From the IMG/VR virus record IMGVR_UViG_3300044632_001003, positions 141,010-205,009 of that record: 64,000 nt of DNA; one strand, written 5' to 3'. Under the pieces are notes generated by a model. It did no database searches and was not told where the DNA came from. It saw nothing but the letters and a program-made list of their open reading frames with translations. Made by a program: the position numbers and the translations under genes. This document shows, piece by piece, positions 54,710 to 63,383 of the stretch. Position 1 is the stretch's first letter, and each line of letters opens with the position of its first letter.

Positions 54710-56212
54710 TCAGAAGCGGAAGGTCGTCTGAATCACACCACCATAATTGTCCGAAGCTTGCTTCAGACCTTGGTTGTTGGACACATAGAAGACCGCAGGA
54801 GTCACGCTAATCGCATCGCTAACCTTGTAACGATAGAAGGCTTCCCACATAATTGCCTTTTGGTCATCATTCAGAGTAGCAGCATTACCAGGAGCACCGA
54901 TGGCGAAACCAGCGGCATTACCCTTCACAAACACATCGCTCCACTGAAGACCTGCCATCCAAGTTTGTGAATCGGTAGCAGCATTAGGAGTCGTGCGGTT
55001 GTTAGACAGACTTACGGTGTTCCAACCATAAGCAGCACTCACAGAAGGAATGATGCCCGACTTCTTGGGTTGCCAGTAAGCATTAATCGCATAACCATTG
55101 GAGGTTTGGTTAGCAGCAAGGTTACCAGAACCACCACCCAGAGCGTTGAAGTTACGGACGCGAGTTCCTTCAGTGCCGTAGCGGTAACCGAAAGCAATAC
55201 CATACTGAGGAGCACGATACCCAACTTGAGCAAGAGTGTTCAGAGAACCATCTTCATCAAACTGACCTTTGGTAGAATCGTTACCGCTCTGGGCAACATA
55301 GTTCAGGTTAGCAACGAAACCACCTTTACCCTTCTTGGTGGGTTGTACCCACTCTACACCGAAACCAGAACCAGTTGCCTTGTTATAGACACCAGGAGCA
55401 CCAGCAACGGAGAAGAAGTCAAGGATGTCCGACTTATATGCGGTAGGAACCCATGCCATCTCAGTGTTACGAACCTGAGCACCAGCGGTCAGATAAACGC
55501 CCTTAGCAAGTGCAGGGAAGCGATAGTAGAGACGGTCAAGCGTCATCGTGTTCGCATAGGTTTCTGCCTTGTCCAGTTTGAACAGTGACGAGGAAGAACC
55601 GAAAGGTTGCGATGAGAAGTTACCCGAACGCAGACGGGTCTTGAGCAGATCCTTACCAGTGAAGGAAGTATCAAAACTCAGACGGAGGTCATAGTTGAAA
55701 GCAGTGTTTCCAACGTTGGTACTGTTAGCAAGACGGGCGCCTTCTACACCACCCAGAACGAAGGTTGCTTCACCCTTGAGTTTGGTAGTAGTGGAAAACT
55801 GTTGTGCCTGAAGAGCAGCAGACTGCTTCTCCAGTTTGGCAACGCGACCACGAAGAACTTGAAGTTCATTGGCGAACTCAGTAGCAAGACGCTGGAGTTC
55901 ATCGGTAACTTCAGTTACGCGATCCAGACAAGCATTCAGAAGAGCAGCGGCTTCAAAACGGGTCATGGACTTACCACCAAGGTAAGTTCCGTTTTCATAA
56001 CCAGCAACGCAACCATAACGCTCAACCAGATTGCTGAGTGCCTGATAAGCCCAATCCGTAGGACGGACATCAGACAGTTGTGTGACGCTAGAAACTTGTT
56101 CTGTGGAAGTGTATTGGTTGACTGCTGCAATATTCAGGTCTGCGGCATTCGCAGCAACAGGAGCAACCATTCCAAAAGCAACAGGTGCAAGCATCAGTTG
56201 TTTGAATTTCAT
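54710..56212 (-). CDS. Cyanobacterial-type outer-membrane porin (SLH domain plus OprB-like barrel, Som family)
   Basis: Signal peptide; SDV.PTDWAYQAL..LVERYGC; QFSTTTKL.GE; terminal TTFRF. Confidence 0.93.
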   Translation of the reverse strand: MKFKQLMLAPVAFGMVAPVAANAADLNIAAVNQYTSTEQVSSVTQLSDVRPTDWAYQALSNLVERYGCVAGYENGTYLGGKSMTRFEAAALLNACLDRVTEVTDELQRLATEFANELQVLRGRVAKLEKQSAALQAQQFSTTTKLKGEATFVLGGVEGARLANSTNVGNTAFNYDLRLSFDTSFTGKDLLKTRLRSGNFSSQPFGSSSSLFKLDKAETYANTMTLDRLYYRFPALAKGVYLTAGAQVRNTEMAWVPTAYKSDILDFFSVAGAPGVYNKATGSGFGVEWVQPTKKGKGGFVANLNYVAQSGNDSTKGQFDEDGSLNTLAQVGYRAPQYGIAFGYRYGTEGTRVRNFNALGGGSGNLAANQTSNGYAINAYWQPKKSGIIPSVSAAYGWNTVSLSNNRTTPNAATDSQTWMAGLQWSDVFVKGNAAGFAIGAPGNAATLNDDQKAIMWEAFYRYKVSDAISVTPAVFYVSNNQGLKQASDNYGGVIQTTFRF

Positions 56213-56422
56213 AAAAGTTTGTTTTTAGTACTAAACGACATTGTACCAGAGATACAGATATACCTCAAGTATTATGGGTCACATATAGACGCGAGTAGTT
56301 GGGGCGTCTGCTATGCGGGAGTATTTAGAGTGACTTAACCAAATCTTAAAAGATAATTAAGTTGGTGGTATCATAGCATAACCGTATCGGTTGTGTCAAT
56401 TAAGATACGGTTAAGATTATTG

Positions 56423-57037
56423 TTAGGGAACAAAAACATCAAAATTCAAAACAATACGTTCATTGTACTTTGGAATTCCAGCAGCATGATAATGTGCTCC
56501 ATCAAAAACCACAACTCTTCCTTGTTTTGGAGTAACTCTTTCTAAGATTTCAATGTGTGCATCATCAGTAATCAAACCCTTTGGATTATGCCAGTTTGGA
56601 TTACCTGCTGTTGAATCATCATCTTCGTCTTTACCATACTCAAATTTATTTTTCAGAATAACCGTATCTCCATCAGAATCATTCACATAATATAAGAATA
56701 CGGTATGAGGAACTTCAATATCATCAATATGAAAAAAGTCATGGTCCTTTTCATTCATTGATGGCAGTTGAAAAAATGTTCTAGCTCTTATTACATGGTC
56801 ATAATTTACACCAGATTTATTAGAAACTTCATAAATTAGAGGTGAAAAAAAATCATAGTACTTACTGTTCATCTCTGGTCTGGTTTCACACAACCAATGA
56901 GTAAATCCAGAAGCACTCCCATAATTATCAGAAGTTAATAGACGATTATAATGCCAATCAAAAACTTTACCAAAAAGAGTGGCTTTTATTTCTTCTTGAT
57001 ATCTTTTTCCAATAACATTATCAATTACTTTTATCAT
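56423..57037 (-). CDS. Putative 2OG-Fe(II) oxygenase
   Basis: HID, LYYVNDSDGDT, PKQGRVVVFDG..YH, R..LNF. Confidence 0.8.
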   Translation of the reverse strand: MIKVIDNVIGKRYQEEIKATLFGKVFDWHYNRLLTSDNYGSASGFTHWLCETRPEMNSKYYDFFSPLIYEVSNKSGVNYDHVIRARTFFQLPSMNEKDHDFFHIDDIEVPHTVFLYYVNDSDGDTVILKNKFEYGKDEDDDSTAGNPNWHNPKGLITDDAHIEILERVTPKQGRVVVFDGAHYHAAGIPKYNERIVLNFDVFVP

Positions 57038-57041
57038 ATGA

Positions 57042-57581
57042 CTACTCCCATGAAAAACTTAATGTAATTCTAGGACCAGTTACAACTGGTTCATGATATG
57101 TACCTTTTGGAATGAAAAGACTATCTCCAACATTCAATTTATAAGTAATACCTTCACAGATATATGACATTGTTCCCTTTGCTTGCAATATCAAAACATC
57201 GACCGTATCTTTATGATCACCAAAAGTTAAGTTATCACGTCCAAATGAAAAATAAACATGCATGACCTTTAATCCTTGCTTTGCAGAAACTTCTTGAAAA
57301 ATTTGATTTAAAGTTCCTGGACGATAATCACTATGCAAAACAAAAGTTGGTGGATTAGTGAATTGTCTATGAATAGTTTTACGGAGTTTTACTTTTTCAT
57401 GTGGATTTACTGAGGAATGTATCTCATAATCATTCCAGATAACAATACCAGTAAAAGGTGGTACTGATAACTCAGAAGATGCCTTATCCATAACATCATC
57501 CCAAGTCACATCCTTAACTGAAGGATAATGATTTCTGGTTAATTTTATACTATCTAAATGCTGGTCCACCATACCACCCAA
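57042..57581 (-). CDS. Cupin/JmjC-like protein
   Basis: H.D..DV..LQ..G, GD.LFIPKG.YH, R.TLSF. Confidence 0.75.
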   Translation of the reverse strand: MGGMVDQHLDSIKLTRNHYPSVKDVTWDDVMDKASSELSVPPFTGIVIWNDYEIHSSVNPHEKVKLRKTIHRQFTNPPTFVLHSDYRPGTLNQIFQEVSAKQGLKVMHVYFSFGRDNLTFGDHKDTVDVLILQAKGTMSYICEGITYKLNVGDSLFIPKGTYHEPVVTGPRITLSFSWE

Positions 57582-58119
57582 CTAAAGAAATTCTTTTACC
57601 ACTTTTTAATCGACGTACTCTATGTATTATATCTGAAGGGAATATGATTACGTCACCAACATCCATTGAAATTGTTTTCATATTTCTCGGACCAGACATG
57701 AGTTGAAATTCTCCACCTTCATAGTCATCCTTTGATGATAAGCAAAGAGATATGCTTAGTTTTCTTATTATACCAGGATTGTACTGTTCAGTAGTAAAAT
57801 CACTGTGCCAAGCATAATGAGAACCTTTTCCCTCATAGACTGTAAATTGAATTTGATCGTGCCAAGATGTTAAATCATAATTAAAAAGATTTAAGTTTGC
57901 ACAGTTAATAAAGTGTGCCATCATACCAGCAACCCAATGGTCTGTTGGTATCCAAAAATTTTTACTTTTTCTTATATCAGAGTCAATGGCAGATTGAGAA
58001 TCTTGAAGTCTAATCGTTGAGGATGTTAAAGATTCTTGTCCAAATTCTTTTTGTATTAGACTACAAAATTCTTTTTTAATGCCAGAAGGAATATAGTAAT
58101 AATTATTGTATATGCTCAT
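57550..58119 (-). CDS. PKHD-type 2OG-Fe(II) oxygenase
   Basis: Y.WHSD, RKLS, YEGGEF, FPS...HRV, R.SLVGW. Confidence 0.88.
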   Translation of the reverse strand: MSIYNNYYYIPSGIKKEFCSLIQKEFGQESLTSSTIRLQDSQSAIDSDIRKSKNFWIPTDHWVAGMMAHFINCANLNLFNYDLTSWHDQIQFTVYEGKGSHYAWHSDFTTEQYNPGIIRKLSISLCLSSKDDYEGGEFQLMSGPRNMKTISMDVGDVIIFPSDIIHRVRRLKSGKRISLVGWYGGPAFR

Positions 58120-58136
58120 TTTTACTACTTCGTAAG

Positions 58137-58208
58137 AGCGGAGTATCGGAATCGAACCGACGACATCTAACTTGGAAGGATAGCGTTCTACCGCTGAACT
58201 AACTCCGC
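58137..58208 (-). tRNA. tRNA-Gly(TCC)
   Basis: GCGGAGT/ACTCCGC; loop CTTCCAA; GGTTCGATTCC. Confidence 0.9.
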
Positions 58209-58210
58209 AA

Positions 58211-58287
58211 TGGTGGGGATTTACCCAGCCTCAGAGTTTCCTCTTCACAGGCACGGAACCCCAGCGCATCTTCGCTTCACACGGACT
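58211..58287 (-). ncRNA. Unannotated kink-turn-containing small RNA ending in CCA
   Basis: GCC-UGU-GA-AGAG-GAAA-CUCU-GA-GGC; outer GGGG/CCCC stem; starts at the predicted TSS of a perfect promoter. Confidence 0.55.
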
Positions 58288-58292
58288 AAAAT

Positions 58293-58321
58293 ATTATAAA
58301 GCATAATGAGTATTATGTCAA
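58293..58321 (-). promoter_or_regulatory. Perfect sigma70 promoter
   Basis: TTGACA(58316-21)-17-TATAAT(58293-98). Confidence 0.85.
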
Positions 58322-58767
58322 GCCCTTTTTTTATTTCCCCAAGTATCTGTCTGAGAGTGGCAATTTGGACATAAAAATCTTAAATTTTCTACTCGGTTGT
58401 CGTTATTTACACCATTAATATGGTCTATTTGTAGTGATATTGGATTTCCCATCCATTCAGATATACCACACTTTAAACATTCATACTTTAATATATCATC
58501 TTTCAATATTCTCTTTTTTAAATCTTTTCTATCATAAGTAGAAAATTCGCAAAAAATTTCAGAGTGAGTTTTCTTTTTGGTGCTTTTACCACCCTTCCTA
58601 AAAATAGGAAGTTTAATTCCTCTATTATCAAGGTCTTTTTTTACAATATCATAAGTAGTTCCGCTTTTATTAGTATATCCAAGTTTTTTACAAAACTGCC
58701 AAAAAGAAGAACTTTCTAAAAGAAAAGATTTTATTTCCTCATCAGAATATAAATTTTTAATAGACAT
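58318..58767 (-). CDS. HNH homing endonuclease in the tRNA cluster
   Basis: C..CGI.EW.G..I.LQIDHING...DNR.ENLRFLCPNCHSQT. Confidence 0.92.
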   Translation of the reverse strand: MSIKNLYSDEEIKSFLLESSSFWQFCKKLGYTNKSGTTYDIVKKDLDNRGIKLPIFRKGGKSTKKKTHSEIFCEFSTYDRKDLKKRILKDDILKYECLKCGISEWMGNPISLQIDHINGVNNDNRVENLRFLCPNCHSQTDTWGNKKRA

Positions 58768-58827
58768 ATAAAAAGTTTATCTATTAGTATTTATACACTT
58801 CCTTATTTAGGAAGTGTATATTGTAAG

Positions 58828-58900
58828 AGCCCCCGACAAGACTTGAACTTGCGACATCGGCTTTACAAAAGCCGCGCTCTACCAGCTGAGCTACAAGGGC
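58828..58900 (-). tRNA. tRNA-Thr(TGT)
   Basis: CGGCT-TTTGTAA-AGCCG; GTTCAAGT T-loop. Confidence 0.92.
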
Positions 58901-58990
58901 GAAACAGGGGAGGCCATCCCCCTGACCTAGAAATATTCTAGGTTTTAGTTGGAAGGAGTGCTCTTGAGGTTATCGCAGGATCACTTCCAA

Positions 58991-59062
58991 CTCCCCCTCC
59001 TGGATTCGAACCAGGGACCCTACGATTAACAGTCGTTTGCGCTACCGCTGCGCCAAGGGGGA
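58991..59062 (-). tRNA. tRNA-Asn(GTT)
   Basis: TCCCCCT/AGGGGGA; ACGA-CTGTTAA-TCGT. Confidence 0.92.
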
Positions 59063-59093
59063 ATACTAACGGGGGTGTTGCCACCCCACTATT

Positions 59094-59291
59094 TTATTTG
59101 GAACTTACAAAAGTATTGATTTTATCAGCAAGTGCTTCAACCTCTTCATATGTAGGAAACTCTGGATAATCCATTTTTACATTTCTATCCCTATTCCACA
59201 TTTCTGCAAGATTATAGTTTGCGTGAAACTCATCTTGCGCCTGACCGTAAGCTTGCTTAAAAATTTCAAAGCGCAGTTCGTAAGGTGTCAT
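59094..59291 (-). CDS. Cyanophage hypothetical protein
   Basis: MTPYELRFEIFKQA...YPEFPT...A.KIN.FVS; AAGGAG RBS; the ORF-track start lies inside tRNA-Leu and was moved. Confidence 0.7.
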   Translation of the reverse strand: MTPYELRFEIFKQAYGQAQDEFHANYNLAEMWNRDRNVKMDYPEFPTYEEVEALADKINTFVSSK

Positions 59292-59340
59292 TGTTTTACT
59301 CCTTGTGTGTTTGTGTGTGTATGGAGAATAAAATCTCCAA

Positions 59341-59420
59341 TGCCCGAGAGAGGACTCGAACCTCCACTCCGAAGAACATGATCCTAAGTCATGCGTGGCT
59401 ACCAATTACACCACTCGGGC
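59341..59420 (-). tRNA. tRNA-Leu(TAG)
   Basis: GCCCGAG/CTCGGGC; CATGA-CTTAGGA-TCATG; variable arm. Confidence 0.93.
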
Positions 59421-59497
<77 letters not shown>

Positions 59498-59581
59498 AAG
59501 AGACCTCCCATCTTTATCGACCCAGTGGGCAAGGAGGGGCAGGTCTTATACGGAGTTTGAACCCCCGCCGCCTATGAGACA

Positions 59582-59610
59582 ATCATACCAGATACGGTGC
59601 GAATCGTCAA
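59582..59610 (-). promoter_or_regulatory. Sigma70 promoter of the tRNA operon
   Basis: TTGACG-17-TATGAT with extended TGn. Confidence 0.8.
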
Positions 59611-60128
59611 GATCCAAAAATTTGAATCGAAATTCTTGGTTCTGGTAAATAATTTGAGACTAATGTTACGACATGACCTTCATGAATATCATTCAAAACT
59701 AAAGACCTACATTCTGGAACTAGGGCTTTCATGATAGAACTACCATCCTCTTGCTCTTCTTGCCACACAAATAATCCACCATGATTAATATGCCATTCTT
59801 TGTTTAAGTATATAGTTGCACCAAATTTATGATTAGAATCATCATGAAGTGCGATACCACCGTTAGGTAGCGTTACATGATAATTCATGGATATTTTATT
59901 ACAATAGGGTAAAATATCTTTAATTTCTTCGAGTATTTCTAATCTCAATTCTGGATTTACTTTTCTGAATAGACAGTTTCCAGAAATACCCAGTGTTGCA
60001 TACCTTGGCCAAGCAAAGGTACTAACTTTCCAACTATCGGAGAGATTGGAATTAACATCATCAAGACATTTTTTCCACAAATCTAAACTAATACTATCTT
60101 TAAATACTTTCATTTGAACAATTTTCAA
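59607..60128 (-). CDS. 2OG-Fe(II) oxygenase (prolyl-4-hydroxylase-like)
   Basis: I.LHDD, ATIYLN.EW....GGLF, H.V, R.SIQIF. Confidence 0.8.
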   Translation of the reverse strand: MKIVQMKVFKDSISLDLWKKCLDDVNSNLSDSWKVSTFAWPRYATLGISGNCLFRKVNPELRLEILEEIKDILPYCNKISMNYHVTLPNGGIALHDDSNHKFGATIYLNKEWHINHGGLFVWQEEQEDGSSIMKALVPECRSLVLNDIHEGHVVTLVSNYLPEPRISIQIFGS

Positions 60129-60522
60129 TCCAAGGAGAGCAAATCCTCATGGGAGGAGCAAGTTTTTTACATTCATCAGTATAGCACACTGAATCGTCAT
60201 TTTTTTCTTCAATATACTGAGGTTGATATCTTTTATTTGATTCAGAAATAATGCGATCATACTCAGGTGTGACTTCATCAATTGCTCGATCTATATCACG
60301 CTTGACTCTGCGTTCTACCGCGTGAGGATCTTGCAAAATAAGTTCATTCAAAATCCCGTTCGGGAAATATTTACGTTGAACTTCATCCAATAAGTCCCAA
60401 AGTGCGTGATCGGGAATTTTTGTACATTGTGAAAGTGCTGCAATAAGACTTGATAATACGACACCAACTATGAGCAGTTGTTTCTTATCAGTTTTCTTCT
60501 TACCGAAGTTAAAGTTAAACAT
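60100..60522 (-). CDS. Hypothetical membrane-anchored protein
   Basis: N-terminal TM segment; C-terminal Cys cluster. Confidence 0.65.
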   Translation of the reverse strand: MFNFNFGKKKTDKKQLLIVGVVLSSLIAALSQCTKIPDHALWDLLDEVQRKYFPNGILNELILQDPHAVERRVKRDIDRAIDEVTPEYDRIISESNKRYQPQYIEEKNDDSVCYTDECKKLAPPMRICSPWIENCSNESI

Positions 60523-60557
60523 AAGAAAGGGGAGTTCTGCAGCACTCCCCTTATATA

Positions 60558-61178
60558 TTAAACTTCTACCGTGATCAGTCGGTTGGCATAATCATGAGCA
60601 TACGAAGTGCGAGCACCATGATGCCCCCAACCAATCCAACTATACGCATAGTCCATGTAGCGGTTAATTGATTTACCAGGAGTCTTCATACGCTCCTCAA
60701 TCTCTTTCCACTGGACTTCATTTGTTAGATAACGAAGTTGCGTGTGAAGATTTGATGGCGAACCACCAAACTTCTTAGCAAAATCACCCAATCCATAATA
60801 ACGGTTGGCAGATGTCCATTGAATCAGTCCGTAACCGCGTCCGCAGTTACCCCAACTGGTTCTGCTACCTCCTTCGCAAATATTAGGCACGAATGTTGAT
60901 TCTTGTCTAATATTGCCCATGATGGTAGCAAGGGCGTTTCTGTCTTTAATACCACGATCCTGGAAATATGCCAGGGTAGCATTCTCATTTTCATTACACC
61001 CTTTACAAATTAGCCTTTTCTCTTTTGGCTTTTCAGGTTGAGCAACCTCTCTGGTCGCTGTCTCTTCAACTACAGGGGGCGGAGGACCGTCCATTTTGTA
61101 GTTTACGAATGGCAGTGTTGCCGTCGATGTTGTAACCGTTGCCAGGAGAGGCAGGGCTACTGTAAAGATATTTTGCAT
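60558..61178 (-). CDS. Phage tail-type lysozyme (Phage_lysozyme2-like) with signal peptide
   Basis: A.IMGNI.QES, GYGLIQWT...R, QL.Y. Confidence 0.78.
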   Translation of the reverse strand: MQNIFTVALPLLATVTTSTATLPFVNYKMDGPPPPVVEETATREVAQPEKPKEKRLICKGCNENENATLAYFQDRGIKDRNALATIMGNIRQESTFVPNICEGGSRTSWGNCGRGYGLIQWTSANRYYGLGDFAKKFGGSPSNLHTQLRYLTNEVQWKEIEERMKTPGKSINRYMDYAYSWIGWGHHGARTSYAHDYANRLITVEV

Positions 61179-61189
61179 TAAATTTGATT

Positions 61190-61256
61190 GAACTCTACAT
61201 CCGTATAGGGAAAGCGCACTTCCCTCTTCTCAGAGGGCAGACCCCACGGCTCTAAT
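61190..61256 (-). ncRNA. Structured leader upstream of the lysozyme-like gene
   Basis: CCGT...ACGG and GGGG/CCC stems enclosing CCCTCT-GAGA-AGAGGG. Confidence 0.45.
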
Positions 61257-61395
61257 TGTCACGTCAAGGACTAATAATAAGAAACCCGCCATTTTGTAGC
61301 GGGTTTGTACATAATAAGTTAATATTTAGGTTTTGTCAAGGTGCCAATTAAAGAAGTGTCTTACTAAATACAAATAGTTCATCACCACTAGAACA

Positions 61396-61857
61396 ATGAA
61401 AAGATTAGCACTTATCTTTTCGTTATTCCTTACTACTCCTGCTTTTGCTGGCGAAATCACATCAAAAATCACTGACTCAATTCAATTAAGCGTTCAGGGT
61501 GCGGCGGTTCAATCAGAAAGAGTAGGAGCTTCCTACGCTGTCTCTGGCACAAACATTAATGTAACAACTCTTGGAGGAGTTGGCGGCGCAGGTTCCTATG
61601 CGATCAACACAAACGGACAAGCATTTAGTTTCTCTGAAACATCAATTACTGCAGATACTGATGTTACCAGTCAGTCGGCAGCTTCTGGAACAATTGCTTC
61701 TCCCAACCTTTATAGCAACTCTACTACTCAGTTAGGTGGAGATAAAGGTTCTCTGGCAGGTACTCTGAGTGGAACTGGTGTTCCTACAGTCACTGCTGGT
61801 GGTCCTGGAAGCAGCGCAACAGCACAAAGAACCATTGAGTTAAGCGTATTCAAGTGA
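61396..61857 (+). CDS. Secreted-type hypothetical protein
   Basis: Signal peptide; S/T/G-rich; CTAAATA late promoter at 61364-61370. Confidence 0.75.
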   Translation: MKRLALIFSLFLTTPAFAGEITSKITDSIQLSVQGAAVQSERVGASYAVSGTNINVTTLGGVGGAGSYAINTNGQAFSFSETSITADTDVTSQSAASGTIASPNLYSNSTTQLGGDKGSLAGTLSGTGVPTVTAGGPGSSATAQRTIELSVFK

Positions 61858-62216
61858 GACACATAACTCCCGTTTTGCTGGCAGCAGCGGGACTTATATC
61901 TCCCTGCTATGCTGCGCCCCTCACTCCTAACTTTACGAGTGGCACAATTACTTCTGAGACTAAAACTCGTACTGAAGTGATTGAAGTTATCAAACAAATA
62001 GAATATACCACTGGGACATCTTATACAGTCACTGGTACTAATATCAACATCCCTGGAACACCTGCTCCAGGAGCGAACTACACCATCATCAATCAAGGTG
62101 CTCCGTTCCAGTTTAGTGAAACACACTTGACTCCTGGAATTGCGAAAGAAACATGGATAGATCGCAAAACTACCGAAGAATCGGTAACAAATTCTATATC
62201 TGTCTTTACACAATAA
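61854..62216 (+). CDS. Secreted-type hypothetical protein, paralogous to the upstream gene
   Basis: Shares Y.V.GTNIN and G..F.FSET with 61396..61857. Confidence 0.75.
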   Translation: MRHITPVLLAAAGLISPCYAAPLTPNFTSGTITSETKTRTEVIEVIKQIEYTTGTSYTVTGTNINIPGTPAPGANYTIINQGAPFQFSETHLTPGIAKETWIDRKTTEESVTNSISVFTQ

Positions 62217-62740
62217 TCGGTTTAGCGGCACCTGCATTTGCAGAAGCACCATCTAATACGAATATTGCAGGACCCTCAGCATCTGCGACTGGTAATGTAA
62301 CCAACCAGGCAGTACAGGTGCTTCAGGGTCCTTTTTCTGTGAATACTTATGGTTCTGGTGTTTCTTGCCAGGGACCTACACTGAACTTACAGACCTTTGG
62401 ATACAATAGTCTATCTGGTAGCACCGACCCAACAACTTATCAACAAAACTCTCTGAACACTGGTTTATCAGCAGGATTTTCCATCCCTCTTGATGGTTCA
62501 TTTCAAGAACTCTGTAAAGCAAGGGTTCGTACAGAGATTACAAGACAACAAGCAGAAGCAGATAAAGCACGTTTGGACTTTGAGTTAGTCAGATTATTAA
62601 AGTGTGGTGAAGCAATGAAGAATGGAATTTCATTTCACCCAGAAAGTCCTTATGCGAAAATTTGTGCTGATGTCGTTGTGAAGTATCCACGAGTACAGGA
62701 TGTAGCAAATGGAAATCAGACCAATCCAAATAAGAAGTAA
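62153..62740 (+). CDS. Cyanophage hypothetical protein
   Basis: A.P.A...G.VTNQAVQ, CQGPT, RLDFEL.RL..CG; start uncertain. Confidence 0.7.
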   Translation: MDRSQNYRRIGNKFYICLYTIIGLAAPAFAEAPSNTNIAGPSASATGNVTNQAVQVLQGPFSVNTYGSGVSCQGPTLNLQTFGYNSLSGSTDPTTYQQNSLNTGLSAGFSIPLDGSFQELCKARVRTEITRQQAEADKARLDFELVRLLKCGEAMKNGISFHPESPYAKICADVVVKYPRVQDVANGNQTNPNKK

Positions 62741-63383
62741 TCCTCCACCGATTATTCCAACTATAGAACCTCCTGTGACTCGCAGAACGGGTAGAACTAT
62801 TATACCCGAAATTAATATGCCCATCATTAATATGCCTGATACAACTATCAAATATCCAATAATTGATGTGCCGACTCAAGAAGAGTTTGATGCTGCAGTA
62901 AGGGCAGAGCAAAAGAAACAGCAGGAAGAGAAAGAAGAAAAGACCAGAGGACTTCCTGATGCTACCCCTACCCCTCAACTGCCTCCATCTGTTCAAACCC
63001 CCCAGGATAATCGGATTATTTCCGATGATGCACCCAAAACTAGTAACTTAGGAGTGCCCGTCATTGAAGTACCAATCGTCGGAGAAGTCCCTATCCCACC
63101 TAAAGAGCAGGTTATTCTTGCTGGCACCACTGCTACTGCTTCTGTTGCTGCGGCTCTTGTTGGGAAATCTTTGGTGGAATGGATGGTAGGTAAGATGAAA
63201 CCTATTGTTCAACAGATATTTGTAAGGGGTAAGAAACTCTTAAGCAGAGACCTTACCCCCTATGAACTTCAAGTTTATTTTGCGTTTGAAAAAAGTCAGT
63301 CTCTTAAAAAAGTAAATAAGTTACTGAAGAAAGAACAGAAGAATCAAAAGAAAGAACAATACAAAAAGTTTCACTCAAAGTGA
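62709..63383 (+). CDS. Pro-rich membrane-associated hypothetical protein
   Basis: Pro-rich N-terminus, AGTTA.ASVAA hydrophobic segment, basic C-terminus. Confidence 0.7.
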   Translation: MEIRPIQIRSNPPPIIPTIEPPVTRRTGRTIIPEINMPIINMPDTTIKYPIIDVPTQEEFDAAVRAEQKKQQEEKEEKTRGLPDATPTPQLPPSVQTPQDNRIISDDAPKTSNLGVPVIEVPIVGEVPIPPKEQVILAGTTATASVAAALVGKSLVEWMVGKMKPIVQQIFVRGKKLLSRDLTPYELQVYFAFEKSQSLKKVNKLLKKEQKNQKKEQYKKFHSK

